Virus record (IMG/VR): IMGVR_UViG_3300028833_000053
Strand: one strand, 5' to 3'
Source: a virus
Taxonomy: Duplodnaviria; Caudoviricetes
Length of the DNA stretch: 64,000 nt
Below the pieces are notes generated by a model that saw only the letters and a program-made list of their open reading frames with translations, did not search any database and was not told where the DNA came from. This document shows positions 30,127-41,429 of this stretch, one piece after another. A program made the translations under genes and the position numbers. How positions within the stretch are numbered: the stretch's first letter is position 1; every line of letters begins with the position of its first letter.

Positions 30127-31554
30127 ATGACATATTTGGAACAACACAGAGACGAGATATTCAAGAAGTACGACAAGGAAACCTTGCTACGGGACGTTTG
30201 GAACTACAAGAACGGCAAGGGAAGGTTGACGAAGTTCATCAACCAGTTCTTTGAGGAGTGCATATTCAACTGCAAGGACAACCGATGCAAGTTGACGCCG
30301 ATGGAGGCTTTGCAGAACGATGAGGTGATGGCGAAAATCATTGGCGCGTTTGCGAAGAACCCAAAGCTCTACTATGGGACGGAAGTTGCGAACGTGAAGA
30401 AGTCGTTGTCTGTTTCAGGAATCGGTGCAAGGAAAGTTGCGAACTTCTGCCCAAGGAACGCAAGGACAATCTACAATAAATACTTTGACGATATACGTGG
30501 ATTGAACATCCTTGACACTTCAAGCGGCTTTGGAAGCAGAATGCTCGCCGCCACGTTGAATGGCGCAAACTACTTTGGATTCGATCCCAATCCCGAACTT
30601 CACGAAAAGTTGAAGGAGTGTTACAGCTTCTTGGTGGAGAACAAGGAAGTGCCAGAGGGTCAGGTGTGCAAGTTGTATTGCAAGGGAAGCGAGGAACATG
30701 TTCCCGAACTTGACGGCAAGATGGACTTGTCCTTCACCAGCCCCCCGTATTTCAACCATGAGACCTATGCTTCTGATTCCGGAACTTCCACAACCAACTA
30801 CAACAACTATGATGGTTGGCTGTATGAATTCGTTGTTCCAACATTGTTGAACACCTACAAGTACCTCAAGATTGGGGGACTTGCGATGATCAACATCAAG
30901 AACATGGTGTCAAGGGGAAAGAAGCCGCTTTACGATGACTTCATGCGCGTGTTCCAGATGATAGAGGGATTCGAGTACGTTGAAACCTTCACGATGGAAC
31001 ATCAGCACAAGAGGACGCTCAAAGAGGGCATGAACTACGTTGGATTCCAGGAACCAGTGATGGTTTACAAGAAGGTTGCTGAGTGCGAGAACGATCCCAA
31101 CAAGATTGTGGAAATGTTGAAGTCTGGCATACAAGGCGTTGTGCGAATGAAGAAAGAGGATACGCCAAAGGAGCTTCACGTTGTCTCAGTTTGGCGGGAG
31201 GATGCAACCCCAGCGCCCCAGCCAAAGGTTGAAGTTGTGGAAACACCCGTAGAAGTGAAGGAAAATGAGCCACCCAAGCCAAAATATGAAATTATCGTGG
31301 ATTCCCTTGACAACATAGACCCAAGGGCGTTTGCGAAGTTGATGCTTGAATTGAAGGACAAGGTGGATTTGTCAATAGTTCATGGGGACAATTCCACGGA
31401 TGACGTTGTGGTGAAGCTGTGCAATGGACTTGGATTCAAGTTGAAGGAGCTTTACAATTCCGACGAAAAACTCTATACTGAATATGTAGGAAAGAAGAAA
31501 CTGGTGAGTTGCCAAGCTGGGCAGAAGCCGGTGTTTGAAGTCATAGAGGTATAA
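30127..31554 (+). CDS. Second SAM-dependent DNA methyltransferase with an extra C-terminal domain
   Basis: ILDTSSGFGSRM, YFGFDPN, FTSPPYF; C-terminal ~90 aa similar to the GNAT C-terminus. Confidence 0.85.
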   Translation: MTYLEQHRDEIFKKYDKETLLRDVWNYKNGKGRLTKFINQFFEECIFNCKDNRCKLTPMEALQNDEVMAKIIGAFAKNPKLYYGTEVANVKKSLSVSGIGARKVANFCPRNARTIYNKYFDDIRGLNILDTSSGFGSRMLAATLNGANYFGFDPNPELHEKLKECYSFLVENKEVPEGQVCKLYCKGSEEHVPELDGKMDLSFTSPPYFNHETYASDSGTSTTNYNNYDGWLYEFVVPTLLNTYKYLKIGGLAMINIKNMVSRGKKPLYDDFMRVFQMIEGFEYVETFTMEHQHKRTLKEGMNYVGFQEPVMVYKKVAECENDPNKIVEMLKSGIQGVVRMKKEDTPKELHVVSVWREDATPAPQPKVEVVETPVEVKENEPPKPKYEIIVDSLDNIDPRAFAKLMLELKDKVDLSIVHGDNSTDDVVVKLCNGLGFKLKELYNSDEKLYTEYVGKKKLVSCQAGQKPVFEVIEV

Positions 31555-31555
31555 G

Positions 31556-32194
31556 ATGGAGTCTAACGTAGAAGGTAGCAACTTTGGTGAGAAGTCAACG
31601 TTTGTGGACTTGCCCGAGAACGACATTGGAAGTTCCGATCAGTTCATTGGAAACTTCCTTGCCGAGCCCGGTGATTTGTCCAACATCGTCAAGAGCAAGA
31701 TTTGGGTGACGTCCGACACCCATTTCCACCACAGGAACATTCTCATCTACGAGGCCGCTTCCCGTCCTTGGTCGGACCGTGACCAAATGGACAGAGCCAT
31801 GATTCAGCGTTGGAACGAGAGGGTTGGACCGAATGACGTTGTTTTCCATCTTGGGGACTTTTCGTTCGGGTCAAAGGGACGTGTGCGTGACATCGTGTCG
31901 AAATTGAAAGGAAAGATTTTCCTTCTTCTTGGAAACCATGACAGGGAGCAATGGGATTGGAATTGGCTTGACCTTGGCTTTGACCGTGTGTTCAAGCATC
32001 CTTTCCTCATGGATGGCAAGTTCATCTTCTCACATGAGCCTTTGGGTGAGATTCCAGAGGGCAAGGTGAACATCTACGGCCACGTCCATGGAAGCAAGTA
32101 TTACAACACGAAGGACGACAACAGGCTTTGCGCTTGCGTGGAGCGTTGGGATTGCGCTCCAATTGAGTATGAACACATCAAGAGCTTGTTCTGA
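31556..32194 (+). CDS. Calcineurin-like metallophosphoesterase
   Basis: SDTHF, HLGDF, LGNHD, SHEP, GHVH. Confidence 0.9.
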   Translation: MESNVEGSNFGEKSTFVDLPENDIGSSDQFIGNFLAEPGDLSNIVKSKIWVTSDTHFHHRNILIYEAASRPWSDRDQMDRAMIQRWNERVGPNDVVFHLGDFSFGSKGRVRDIVSKLKGKIFLLLGNHDREQWDWNWLDLGFDRVFKHPFLMDGKFIFSHEPLGEIPEGKVNIYGHVHGSKYYNTKDDNRLCACVERWDCAPIEYEHIKSLF

Positions 32195-32212
32195 AGTCGT
32201 ATAATTGACTGT

Positions 32213-32611
32213 ATGACATTGGAAGAACTTGACGCAGCACTTGAAAAGACTGGACTTGACTTGACCAATCCACCCGACATGGAAGCCAGGAACCAAGTTC
32301 TTGCCTTGCATGGGCAGAGCATATTGAAATCAAAATAGGTTCGTTGCGAGAGGTGTTGGTATAGGGAAAATGGGAGATGTTTCCCCGGGTGCAGGTATTA
32401 TGACTTGCCATCAGATCCTGTGGAAGTCAGCAAGCAATACTTGGCATCCCCAAATGACATAAGTGTATTCTCCTTCTTGTGTCAGTTCATGATTCCTGTG
32501 TATGAACAGGTGACTGGAAACAAGGGTACAATGAAGGAAATAACGAAGCATTTTATGAAGATGTGGAAGAAGAAGAAGAAGAAAAAGAATAGTGTGGGTA
32601 AAGGGTTATAA
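32213..32611 (+). CDS. Hypothetical Cys-containing protein with a poly-Lys tail; one in-frame TAG
   Basis: ATG 32213 is in frame with ORF 32405, with a single TAG at 32336 between them. Confidence 0.65.
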
Positions 32612-32773
32612 AATAAATTCAGTTTAGCTTTGATTTTTACATTTTTTGGCGTAAATATTATCTATAACTGAACGGACTTTACACATACGACCAAAAAGTT
32701 GTATAATACAGGATATGTTCAAGGCGATGGGGAGTTCCCATCAACTAAACAAACAAAGAAGAGGAAAAAGAAA

Positions 32774-33487
32774 ATGAAGAAACTAATGACATTGGCATGT
32801 TGCGCAATGCTTGCACTGGCCGGTTTTGCCGGAGGTGCGTCCGCTACGCCATGCTGCGGATTCACTGGCGAGTCTTCTTGCCAGATTTGGTTCAAGGGTT
32901 CCGCAAACGGTAAGATCTCAACTGGCGTTGCCAATCAGTCCTACAAGACTGTCAAGGCACTTCAGGTCAAGAGCGTTCAGCTTGTGATTGCCGACGATGG
33001 TTCTAACGTCGTGGCTCAGGTTGTTCTCTCTGGCAAGAAGAAGGGAGTTGAGAACTTCACGAAGACTCTGGATTGCACCGAGTTGAAGTGGAACGTGTTC
33101 GGAAAGAACATCAACAGCACGAAGAAGGAAGTTTCCCTTGAGAGCGAGATTTTCTTCCAGGCTGAGGATGATTATGGAACGACCCAGGTGAGTGGCGTTC
33201 TGTTCGGCACGGTAAAGGCGAAGAAGACTGGCTCTGGTTGCAGCCCATGTGGTGAGACAATCACGGCCAAGTACACGCCTGGAACGTTCAAGGGCAAGTA
33301 TGTTGGTTTTGCACCAGCTACTGGTTGCGCTTGCGCCGCTGAAGGTACCGCCGCCCTTGGCGAGGGTACTTGCTCCGACACGAGCTGCTTGACCTTTGTT
33401 GAGCAGACCGACGACAAGCAGGAGTATTTCTGCGGAGACGTGACGCTCAAGTTCGACTCCAAGAACTCCGGCTACAAGGCCCGCTAA
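32774..33487 (+). CDS. Secreted Cys-rich protein
   Basis: Signal peptide MKKLMTLACCAMLALAGFA; followed by a terminator at 33521-33553. Confidence 0.75.
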   Translation: MKKLMTLACCAMLALAGFAGGASATPCCGFTGESSCQIWFKGSANGKISTGVANQSYKTVKALQVKSVQLVIADDGSNVVAQVVLSGKKKGVENFTKTLDCTELKWNVFGKNINSTKKEVSLESEIFFQAEDDYGTTQVSGVLFGTVKAKKTGSGCSPCGETITAKYTPGTFKGKYVGFAPATGCACAAEGTAALGEGTCSDTSCLTFVEQTDDKQEYFCGDVTLKFDSKNSGYKAR

Positions 33488-33972
33488 ACGAAACACACGT
33501 TTAGTTTCTTGAACATATGAAGGTGAGGTGAAGAACCTCACCTTTACTTTTTTTGTTGGATGAGGTATAATATACAGAGAAAGGTTTATTGATATGACAC
33601 AAATGTTTTTAGCATTGCTTGACCATCCTTGGATATTCGCGTTCTTGGTTCTTTGCGTCTTGGCGTTCATCCGAATGACATACGATTTCATTCTTCGTCT
33701 GTTTGGGAAGAAGGGGTTTGAGAACAAGACTGATGAACATTGGGTGGGAACAATTAACGATGCTCCACCTCCGCCCCCGGAGCCTGCAAAGGTGCCGAAT
33801 CCCCCAACGCCACCGGATGACGTGTTGGAGGCGGAAGAGGATTTGCCTTGCAAGGACTTTAAGGACGAAGATGATTATGTTTATCGGGACGGCAATCTTG
33901 GCATCTCGTCATGGACTACGGACTTCAAGCCCGTAGAGGAAGTAAAGAAAGAAAAAGAAGGAGTGCATTGAA

Positions 33973-34509
33973 ATGGGATATGACGTTTCAGCATACGTTG
34001 AGAAGAAGAACAAGGAAACCGGAAAGTGGGATCTTGTAACTCCCCAGGCCGTGTCGGCAAGGTTGAAGTACATTTTTGACGACTACAACAAGTTTCCCCA
34101 GGTGAAGTGGGACGATCTTTCCGATGGAATGAAGGGAATGTACAAGCAGGAGAAGGACGACACCACTGGCGAGGCGCGTTGCTACACCAACTTCTATGTC
34201 ACCACCCTTCAGGAACTTGAGGACAAGACTTCTGACAAGATCAACGATTGCTTCACAAGGTTGAACATGGTGGTAAAGGCTTTGGGTTGCGAACGTGTGT
34301 TTTCGGACGAGGGTGATGAGCTTGAGCCTTGGGGGGATGATGAGAAGAAGGACAAGCTGACATTTCCCATCAACAAGCAGCTTATTGAGGACTTGCAGTA
34401 TGGGTATGAGAACATGCGCCAAATCGGCCAAAGGGAGGCGTTTGATCTATTCATCAGCGAGTATATCCACTATGACGGCGAATATCGCATAATCTTTACG
34501 GTTTCGTGA
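33973..34509 (+). CDS. Hypothetical phage protein
   Basis: RBS plus 178-aa ORF (MGYDVSAYVEKK...W). Confidence 0.6.
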   Translation: MGYDVSAYVEKKNKETGKWDLVTPQAVSARLKYIFDDYNKFPQVKWDDLSDGMKGMYKQEKDDTTGEARCYTNFYVTTLQELEDKTSDKINDCFTRLNMVVKALGCERVFSDEGDELEPWGDDEKKDKLTFPINKQLIEDLQYGYENMRQIGQREAFDLFISEYIHYDGEYRIIFTVS

Positions 34510-36338
34510 GTTATGGTTGGTAAAATGAATTGAAAATAATGTCCCAGGGGTCATTGACTTCAGGGACGTTTTTTGATATACTGTTGGTGTTGAAGGAAAC
34601 AAGGAGTTAATGATGAAAAACCCTGAATACAAGCCCAATTGCGAAAAGGCAATCTTGACAGTCAACTACCCTCTGGGGTTGACCCGTACGTATTCTCATT
34701 ATGCTTGGAACCGTTTGACCGCGGCTCTTTGGGCTATGTACAAGTCAATGTCAATTCTTCTTCGTTTTCCTCTGCGCAAGACCCATTGGGTCCGCACGGG
34801 ACTTGAAATCCGTCCTTGCAACGCAATTTATCTGTAAAGGAGAACCATCATGATCAAGTTCATCCTTACCGCTGAGAAGGAAGACGATCTCATCAACCTT
34901 TTGGTCAACACGGCGTCTGTTGATGTTCAGCGCGTGAAGTGGAACGTCAACAGCATTACGCGCTCCGACGAGGACGCCCACTGCGAATCCGACTGGGATC
35001 TGCACGATCTTGTGAAAGCTGGAAAGTTCCATGAGGTTGACAACGCCATTATGAGCGGAGACGTACCAGTTGGCGGCCTTGTTGTGGTGTGCGATGTTGA
35101 CACCAACCCCATCTGGGGATACGTTTGCGGCAATGGCAACTCTTGGTACAAGGTGTATCTCTGCCCTGAAATCGTCAAGGCGATACTGCACATAGTCCAT
35201 CCCACCGCCCGCTATTTCGTGATTGGAACTCACACGGCACATGCGTTCAACACCAAGACCGACGTTGGCATGTGGCTTGAGGAGGGATTCAACGCCTGCG
35301 AGGGTTCTGAGCAGCGCCGCTACGCCTCCATGATGAACCAACTTGACTCTGGCAAGATGTTCCTTGACTACGATGCCTAATTGGAAAGGAGAAGATGAAA
35401 ATGAAGACGAAAACCTATAATGTCTATGCCGACCCAAGCCATGCGTGGGTGAAGGTGAAGATTGCCGAATTGGACAAGTTGGGCATTTCAAGGTACATTT
35501 CTGAGTTTTCCTATGCGCGTGGGAACTATGCCTATCTGGAGGAAGACCAGGACGCAAGCACCCTCATTGATGAACTTGAGAGACGAGGAATTGAGCCAAA
35601 GTTCAAGTTCCACCACACGGACAAGCAGTCCAAGATTCGCAACTACATGAGTTTCACAAGAAGGTGAGTCTAAATGAAAAACCTGGTGAAGTGGTTCAAA
35701 GGTCTGTTTTCTCGGAAGTGCGTTTCGCATGAACATGACACGCGCAAGATGAACAAGTATCTGGTATTATGGCGGACGAAAGACACCGGTTACTATGCAA
35801 ACGAGTCCCGTGTATGGGCGGCTTGCGAAGAGGACATTCCCGATATTTTGCGGAAGTTCTTCAAGCTGAAGAAGAACGAAAAATTCACAGAGTTTCGGGT
35901 TCTTAAGAAAATTCGTCCACTTTGATTGGGAAAGGAACAACAGAAAATGAAAACTTGTTCTTGGGGGCATCCCGCCCTTACCGAGAAGCAGGTGATTGCG
36001 ATTGCAGAGAACATGATTCCGGTGAAGCTGCGCCCATACTATGTAGGGATTGACGCAATGCGCCAGACATTGGATGAACCTTGGACGGAGTGGAACACAG
36101 ACATCATCCTCTACTTCAAGTACCCTGTTGCTGGGGGTCTGTCTGACGAACGTTACGCCCATTCAGACCTATACAACCTCAAGGAGGATTTGGATTCGCT
36201 TTACATTGACGAGGATTCCAGTGACGAACTGCTTGAGGAATATGACGAAGAGCATGACGGCATGCCCGTCAAGGAAATCAAGCCATTGCGAAAGTCCGTC
36301 AAGTGGCACAAGCCCGGATATGAGGGAGAAAATTGCTG

Positions 36339-37307
36339 ATGGGATGTACAGTTCCAAAACCACCAAAGTTCAAATCCATTTACGTTCCGGAAACCAATTT
36401 TCCAGTGACGCCGAGACTACCCCATGACATAGCCTTGCCTACGTGGGTTGAGGTTCCAGAAAACTACTATGTTGCGTCATGCAGAATGCAAACTTACAGG
36501 AACAGCTATGCCGTGGTTGTGGTGTTTTGGGGAAAGCCAAACAGCTTAAAAGAATGGGATCGTGGCTATGCGAAGGTGTATGTTTACGATGACGATAAAA
36601 TGCGACCATTTCCCCAAATGAAGGGGATTATACAGGAGATACGCAAGCGCAAGTTGAACTACTCAAGTAAAAGCTTTTATGAGATTTCCGAAGATGGTGA
36701 AATACGCGAGAGCATAACAAAGGACATCCCATCCAACGATACCTTGCGCGAAGTGGCCGTTCTTATGATGGAATTGCATGAACGTTGGCGCGACTATCCC
36801 AACATTGACAATTTTGACATGGTTGAGAAGTTGGAGAAGGCCAAGGACTCCATACGCCGGATGAACGATGAGGAGACATACGGCTATACGAAAAACCGAA
36901 TAGAGAAAATCAGAGCGTCAATCAAGGAAGAACAGGAGCAAATTTCCCAAATTGAACGCGGCTTGAATTCAATGTACGAAGAGGCAGCAGATGCCATGAA
37001 CCTTCTTGAGGAAAATGGCATTGACCCAAACCACTTTGACGATAAGCCGGAAGAGGAAGTGAAGCCAACAGTTGAGCAGCTTCAGCACATGGTTGACTGC
37101 CTTAACAACAGGCTTGGGGGAATGCCTGGAGATTCCATCAGGTACATTGGAATTGCGGACATCAAGAAGTTGGGAAATGGCAGCACCATTGTCCAACCAA
37201 TGAACATAACCGCCAACCCAGAAGCTGGAGACATAGTGCTTGACCCCAAAACTGGACATACCGCCATGCTTGACAGTTATGGCAATTGGCAAGTTGTTTC
37301 CTCTTGA
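36339..37307 (+). CDS. Coiled-coil hypothetical protein, paralog 1
   Basis: Shares YEEAADAMNLLEExG with the next gene. Confidence 0.7.
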   Translation: MGCTVPKPPKFKSIYVPETNFPVTPRLPHDIALPTWVEVPENYYVASCRMQTYRNSYAVVVVFWGKPNSLKEWDRGYAKVYVYDDDKMRPFPQMKGIIQEIRKRKLNYSSKSFYEISEDGEIRESITKDIPSNDTLREVAVLMMELHERWRDYPNIDNFDMVEKLEKAKDSIRRMNDEETYGYTKNRIEKIRASIKEEQEQISQIERGLNSMYEEAADAMNLLEENGIDPNHFDDKPEEEVKPTVEQLQHMVDCLNNRLGGMPGDSIRYIGIADIKKLGNGSTIVQPMNITANPEAGDIVLDPKTGHTAMLDSYGNWQVVSS

Positions 37308-37337
37308 CAAAAAAGTGGATTTGACGTATAATGTAGT

Positions 37338-38333
37338 ATGAGCATAAGAAAACCATCACACACAACCTATCATCTGCCGAGGGAGTGGACTGCCTCGGTT
37401 CCAACCGGTTGGAGCAATGCCTCAAACTGGGCAACACGGGCGTGGGCTTCCGCGGACGCCGACTATGACTGCACCGGAAGCCGTTTTAGTGTGACAAAGC
37501 AATTTTCTGTTCCCCTTCCAGATTGGACGAAGAAGTACGAGGGGTTCAAGGAATCTGCGTTCAGCTTTGGAGGCAATCCAAAACTCGTTGTCATCCAGTA
37601 TGATCCCACAACTACGTTGGGTGTTGGGTTTGCCGTCCTTCATCTTGTTGATCCAAGCACCGATGAGCGGCTTCCCATGATGGATTCAATCTACAAAGTG
37701 GTTTCGGAGACATACAAGGGAAGTGGGCGAAAGGAATACAGTCTGTCCGAGGACGGCATTGTGCGTGGTCCGTTTGGAATTCCTGACATTTCCGCAATCA
37801 CTGCCATTATGGAGGATATGACGTCCGTGTACTATGAGTGGAAGGATTTTCCCAACGAGACTGAATATTCTGTGGTTAGGCAGTTGAACGAAGCCAAGAA
37901 GAAGATAAAGAAGATGCAGTCCGAGGTTGGACTCAAGACCATAGAGACCAGGATTTCGGACAGACGCAACATGATTCAAGAGGCTCAGAACGAAATAGCC
38001 GAGCTTGAAAAGAAGTTGAACACAATCTACGAAGAGGCAGCGGACGCCATGAACCTTCTTGAGGAACATGGCGTGAAGGTTGACGATCCCGAGAAATGGG
38101 AAGATAACAATAAGTTTCCTGACTGTGAAGTAACAATCCCGTATGACCCATCTGCCCTTATAACTCTCAATACACCAGGTGATCAGCATATCTACAAGTT
38201 GTGTGATGAGGATATAAACGCAGCTGGGCGCACTTGGAGCAAGGAAGAAATACAGGATATTATAAACGAGTCTCTGGCAAGCTGCGCATATAATTCAATT
38301 GGGACAAGTTCAAGTTCGTCCAGTGGGAGTTAA
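37338..38333 (+). CDS. Coiled-coil hypothetical protein, paralog 2
   Basis: Own promoter TTGACA(37304)-N17-TATAAT; YEEAADAMNLLEEHG. Confidence 0.7.
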   Translation: MSIRKPSHTTYHLPREWTASVPTGWSNASNWATRAWASADADYDCTGSRFSVTKQFSVPLPDWTKKYEGFKESAFSFGGNPKLVVIQYDPTTTLGVGFAVLHLVDPSTDERLPMMDSIYKVVSETYKGSGRKEYSLSEDGIVRGPFGIPDISAITAIMEDMTSVYYEWKDFPNETEYSVVRQLNEAKKKIKKMQSEVGLKTIETRISDRRNMIQEAQNEIAELEKKLNTIYEEAADAMNLLEEHGVKVDDPEKWEDNNKFPDCEVTIPYDPSALITLNTPGDQHIYKLCDEDINAAGRTWSKEEIQDIINESLASCAYNSIGTSSSSSSGS

Positions 38334-38560
38334 TGTGAAAAAGACATTGAAGAAGTTATTGAAGACCGAGTGGGATTTCATGCTTTCAACGGGACCGTTG
38401 AAGGTCATGTCCGCGTATTTCGACGCTGTTGCGATAAATGGCCGACAGGTTGGAAGCAAGGCAAATTCTTATGTGGATTTCCTTGAGAACATGTGGTATG
38501 AGGAATACGCATGGGTTGAAGTGAAAAGAACGATTTATGTATGATAAAGAGGTATAAAAT

Positions 38561-39604
38561 ATGGAAGTTATAACTGGAAAATTGTGGTTTGAACCATGTT
38601 GTCCTAAATGTGGAAAGACAATTGATATTGAACGAGGAGAAAGCGGACTTTACGCCAGGTGCGGGAAATGCAACAACGAATGGTCTGCATCTTCATTTGG
38701 AGACTTACTTGACGAGCAGAAATGGCTTGAACAGTTCAACCCCGAAAAAACCGAACAAGAATAGACAGAAGAGCCTGAAGAGGGACACGAAGGTAAAAAG
38801 GTTATGGGTACGGTTACAATTCAGAATCACACTACGTTGAATCCAATCACGCTGATAGGCGAGGAGGCCGGCATTTGCTGGGGAGCAGATACAACAGACG
38901 AGGCGAAGAACTACAAGCGGGGAGTGGATTGCATCAAGTCGGACCATGGACGCGCAATGGAGTTTCCCCAGATTTACCTTGTCCTTGAAGGTTGGTCTGC
39001 GAAGGTCATCCGAGAGTTCTACACGCACATTGGCGGCGCCCCGACAAGACTTCAGGCAAGCACAAGGTACATTGACTACTCAAACGGATTCTATTCCGTC
39101 ACGCCACCTTCGGTTGAGAACAACCCGGATGCACTGGCGGCGTGGAACGAGTTCATGCAGACTGTCGCGCCGAAGATTGAGCAGTTGAAGAAACTGGGAA
39201 TCCCGAACGAGGATGCAACCAACGTCCTTCCACTTTCCTACATGACGAAGGTTGTTGTGCGCACGAATCTCCGCAATCTCATCGACATGTGCCACCAGCG
39301 TCTTTGCACAAGGGCGTATTGGGAATTCAGGCAGTTGATGAAGGAGATTCTTTGGCAGTTGGAGAACTATTCCGACGAATGGGAGGACTTGGTTCACGAC
39401 CTCAAGGTGTTCAAGCCCAAGTGCGAGTTGCTTGGCTACTGCCCCGAGAAAAGGGGTTGTGGGAAGAAGGGTAAACGTACCGAAGAGGGTAAATGTACAG
39501 ACGAGGTACAAAAGCCATTGGATTTCATTTGGAATGGAGAAACGCAAACAAAGGTAGTGTCAAGGGATGAACGCTACGATTAGAAGAAAGTGGACAAGGC
39601 GTGA
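38561..39604 (+). CDS. thyX: Flavin-dependent thymidylate synthase (core 38804-39583), with an in-frame upstream zinc ribbon joined via TAG and a short TAG read-through tail
   Basis: DHGRAMEF, REFYTH...RLQASTRYID, VLPL, TNLRNL, RLCTRAYWEFR; TAG at 38762 and 39581; TGA at 39602. Confidence 0.85.
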
Positions 39605-39799
39605 TGATGGATTGGAACGTTAAATGGGCGATGGATTCCGAAAAGGGGCAGTTGTCTGGTGAGGAAATTGTCTCCGGTGTAAAGGTTGTTGACGCAATCA
39701 ACGCCTTTCTCCGCAACAGGGAAAACAGATCCAAGAGAATCATCGGCATAAACGCAATCCAGGAAAAACCAATCAGAAAGAGAAGGAGAATCAGGGACT

Positions 39800-40280
39800 A
39801 TGAAAGCAACTATTGATGGCATAACATATGAGGGAACAGAAGAGGAAATCCGCCGTATTGTGGAGAATCCGCCGCACAGACCTCCAGTGCAAATCAATTA
39901 TTGGGACGAGTGGGGAAGGAACATTCCGAGACCGCCAATATATTCCCCAACCGAAGATCCATACAGAGGGGGATATCCGATTGTGATGTGTTCAATCATG
40001 TAATGGGAGAAAGAAAGAAATGAGAGTTACTATTGACGGCATAACATATGAGGGTACGCCCTCTGAGATTAGGAACATTGTGGAGAATCCACCCAAGGTG
40101 AATGACCAACACATTGACTGCCCCGACAACGACAATTGGAACTATCCACACCACAGTCCCAACCTCCCGGGTTTTGGTTCTGGACTGACGTGGTGGGACT
40201 CTCCTGGAATTCAGAGGAACTGGGACGGTTCTCCGAAGGTGACTTGCTGTGCAGCTCTGCCCTCCAACATGTTGTACTGA
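39800..40280 (+). repeat. Two tandem paralogous small genes (39800-40003, 40020-40280)
   Basis: TIDGITYEGTxxEIRxIVENPP in both, with near-identical DNA. Confidence 0.8.
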
Positions 40281-40293
40281 CAAGGGGGTGGTT

Positions 40294-40662
40294 ATGACTT
40301 GGCAGGTTATACTGGTATTGATGCTATTGGGACATCTTGTTGCGGACTACACGTTGCAAGGTTGGTTGGCAGATGGCAAGCAGAAGAAGTGGTGGCAAAA
40401 TTGCTTCAAGGGAATTGTACCGGAAAAATACAAGAGGGATTATTGGGCCGCGCTTTATTGTCACGCCCTCTATTGGAGCATTTTCATATGCGCACCGTTC
40501 TACGCATCACCATATTTCATTGTGGCAATCGCTGTCAACACACTGGCACACGCCATCATAGACAACGAAAAGGCCAATGTGATGAGCATAAATCTGATTC
40601 AAGACCAGTTGCTTCATCTTGTGCAGATACTCTTGACCTTTGGAATAATGATGGTACTTTAA
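40294..40662 (+). CDS. DUF3307-like membrane protein
   Basis: GHLVADYTLQ...HAIID...QDQLLH. Confidence 0.7.
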   Translation: MTWQVILVLMLLGHLVADYTLQGWLADGKQKKWWQNCFKGIVPEKYKRDYWAALYCHALYWSIFICAPFYASPYFIVAIAVNTLAHAIIDNEKANVMSINLIQDQLLHLVQILLTFGIMMVL

Positions 40663-40674
40663 GGAGAAAACGCA

Positions 40675-40968
40675 ATGGCAGATGACAATGAGAAACCCGG
40701 ATTGCCGGACTACAACTTTGAAGCGCAGAAGCTGGTTGTGGACTATGTGAAGGAGCATCTTGACAAGTCCGATCCATACGTGCAGTTTGACGTGTATGTT
40801 GTGTGGCAGTGCTGCATACTTGGAAACCGGAAGTGGTTGATTTCAACTTCGCTTCCAGATGGTATGTACTATGAAGTGACATACGATTTCAACAAAGGCT
40901 GCTACTACTTGGACGCATACAAGAAGTTTGAGAACCGCTGCATCTGGTGCAGTGAAATACGTAAATGA
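40675..40968 (+). CDS. Conserved phage protein (DUF6275-like)
   Basis: VYVVW...LISTSLPDGMYYEVTY...YLDAYKKFEN. Confidence 0.65.
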   Translation: MADDNEKPGLPDYNFEAQKLVVDYVKEHLDKSDPYVQFDVYVVWQCCILGNRKWLISTSLPDGMYYEVTYDFNKGCYYLDAYKKFENRCIWCSEIRK

Positions 40969-41165
40969 AGAGCAAGGGAATAGCCATATTTCTTGCCCTC
41001 ATTTTTGGGGGTTTGGGCTTTCACAAGTTCTATCTTGGGAGGCCGTTCCAGGGGTTGTTGTATTTCTTCTTTGCAGAGACTGGCATACCTTCCATAATAG
41101 GGTTGTTTGAGGGAATACGATATTGCTTTATGACCGACAATGAATTCTACTGCGAATATGGCTGA
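40965..41165 (+). CDS. TM2-domain protein
   Basis: KSKGIAIFLALIFGGLGFHKFYLG. Confidence 0.85.
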   Translation: MKSKGIAIFLALIFGGLGFHKFYLGRPFQGLLYFFFAETGIPSIIGLFEGIRYCFMTDNEFYCEYG

Positions 41166-41429
41166 GTTACTGAAGGGTACTTGACATCGGGTACCTTTTT
41201 GTGGTATACTGTATGCGTATGGAGAAAAAAGCAGATACAAGTCTTGATGTTTTTGACGTGGTGGGCATTGTGCTTGTCACCCTCAAGATAATTGGCGTTG
41301 AGCCTGTGGTCGGTTGGTCATGGTGGCTTGTTCTTGCGCCGTGGTGGATTTACATTGGTGCGCTTGCCGTCATGGCGTTGCTTGCGTCATGTGTGAAGTC
41401 CGACAACAAAGAAAAGGAAGAAAACTGAA

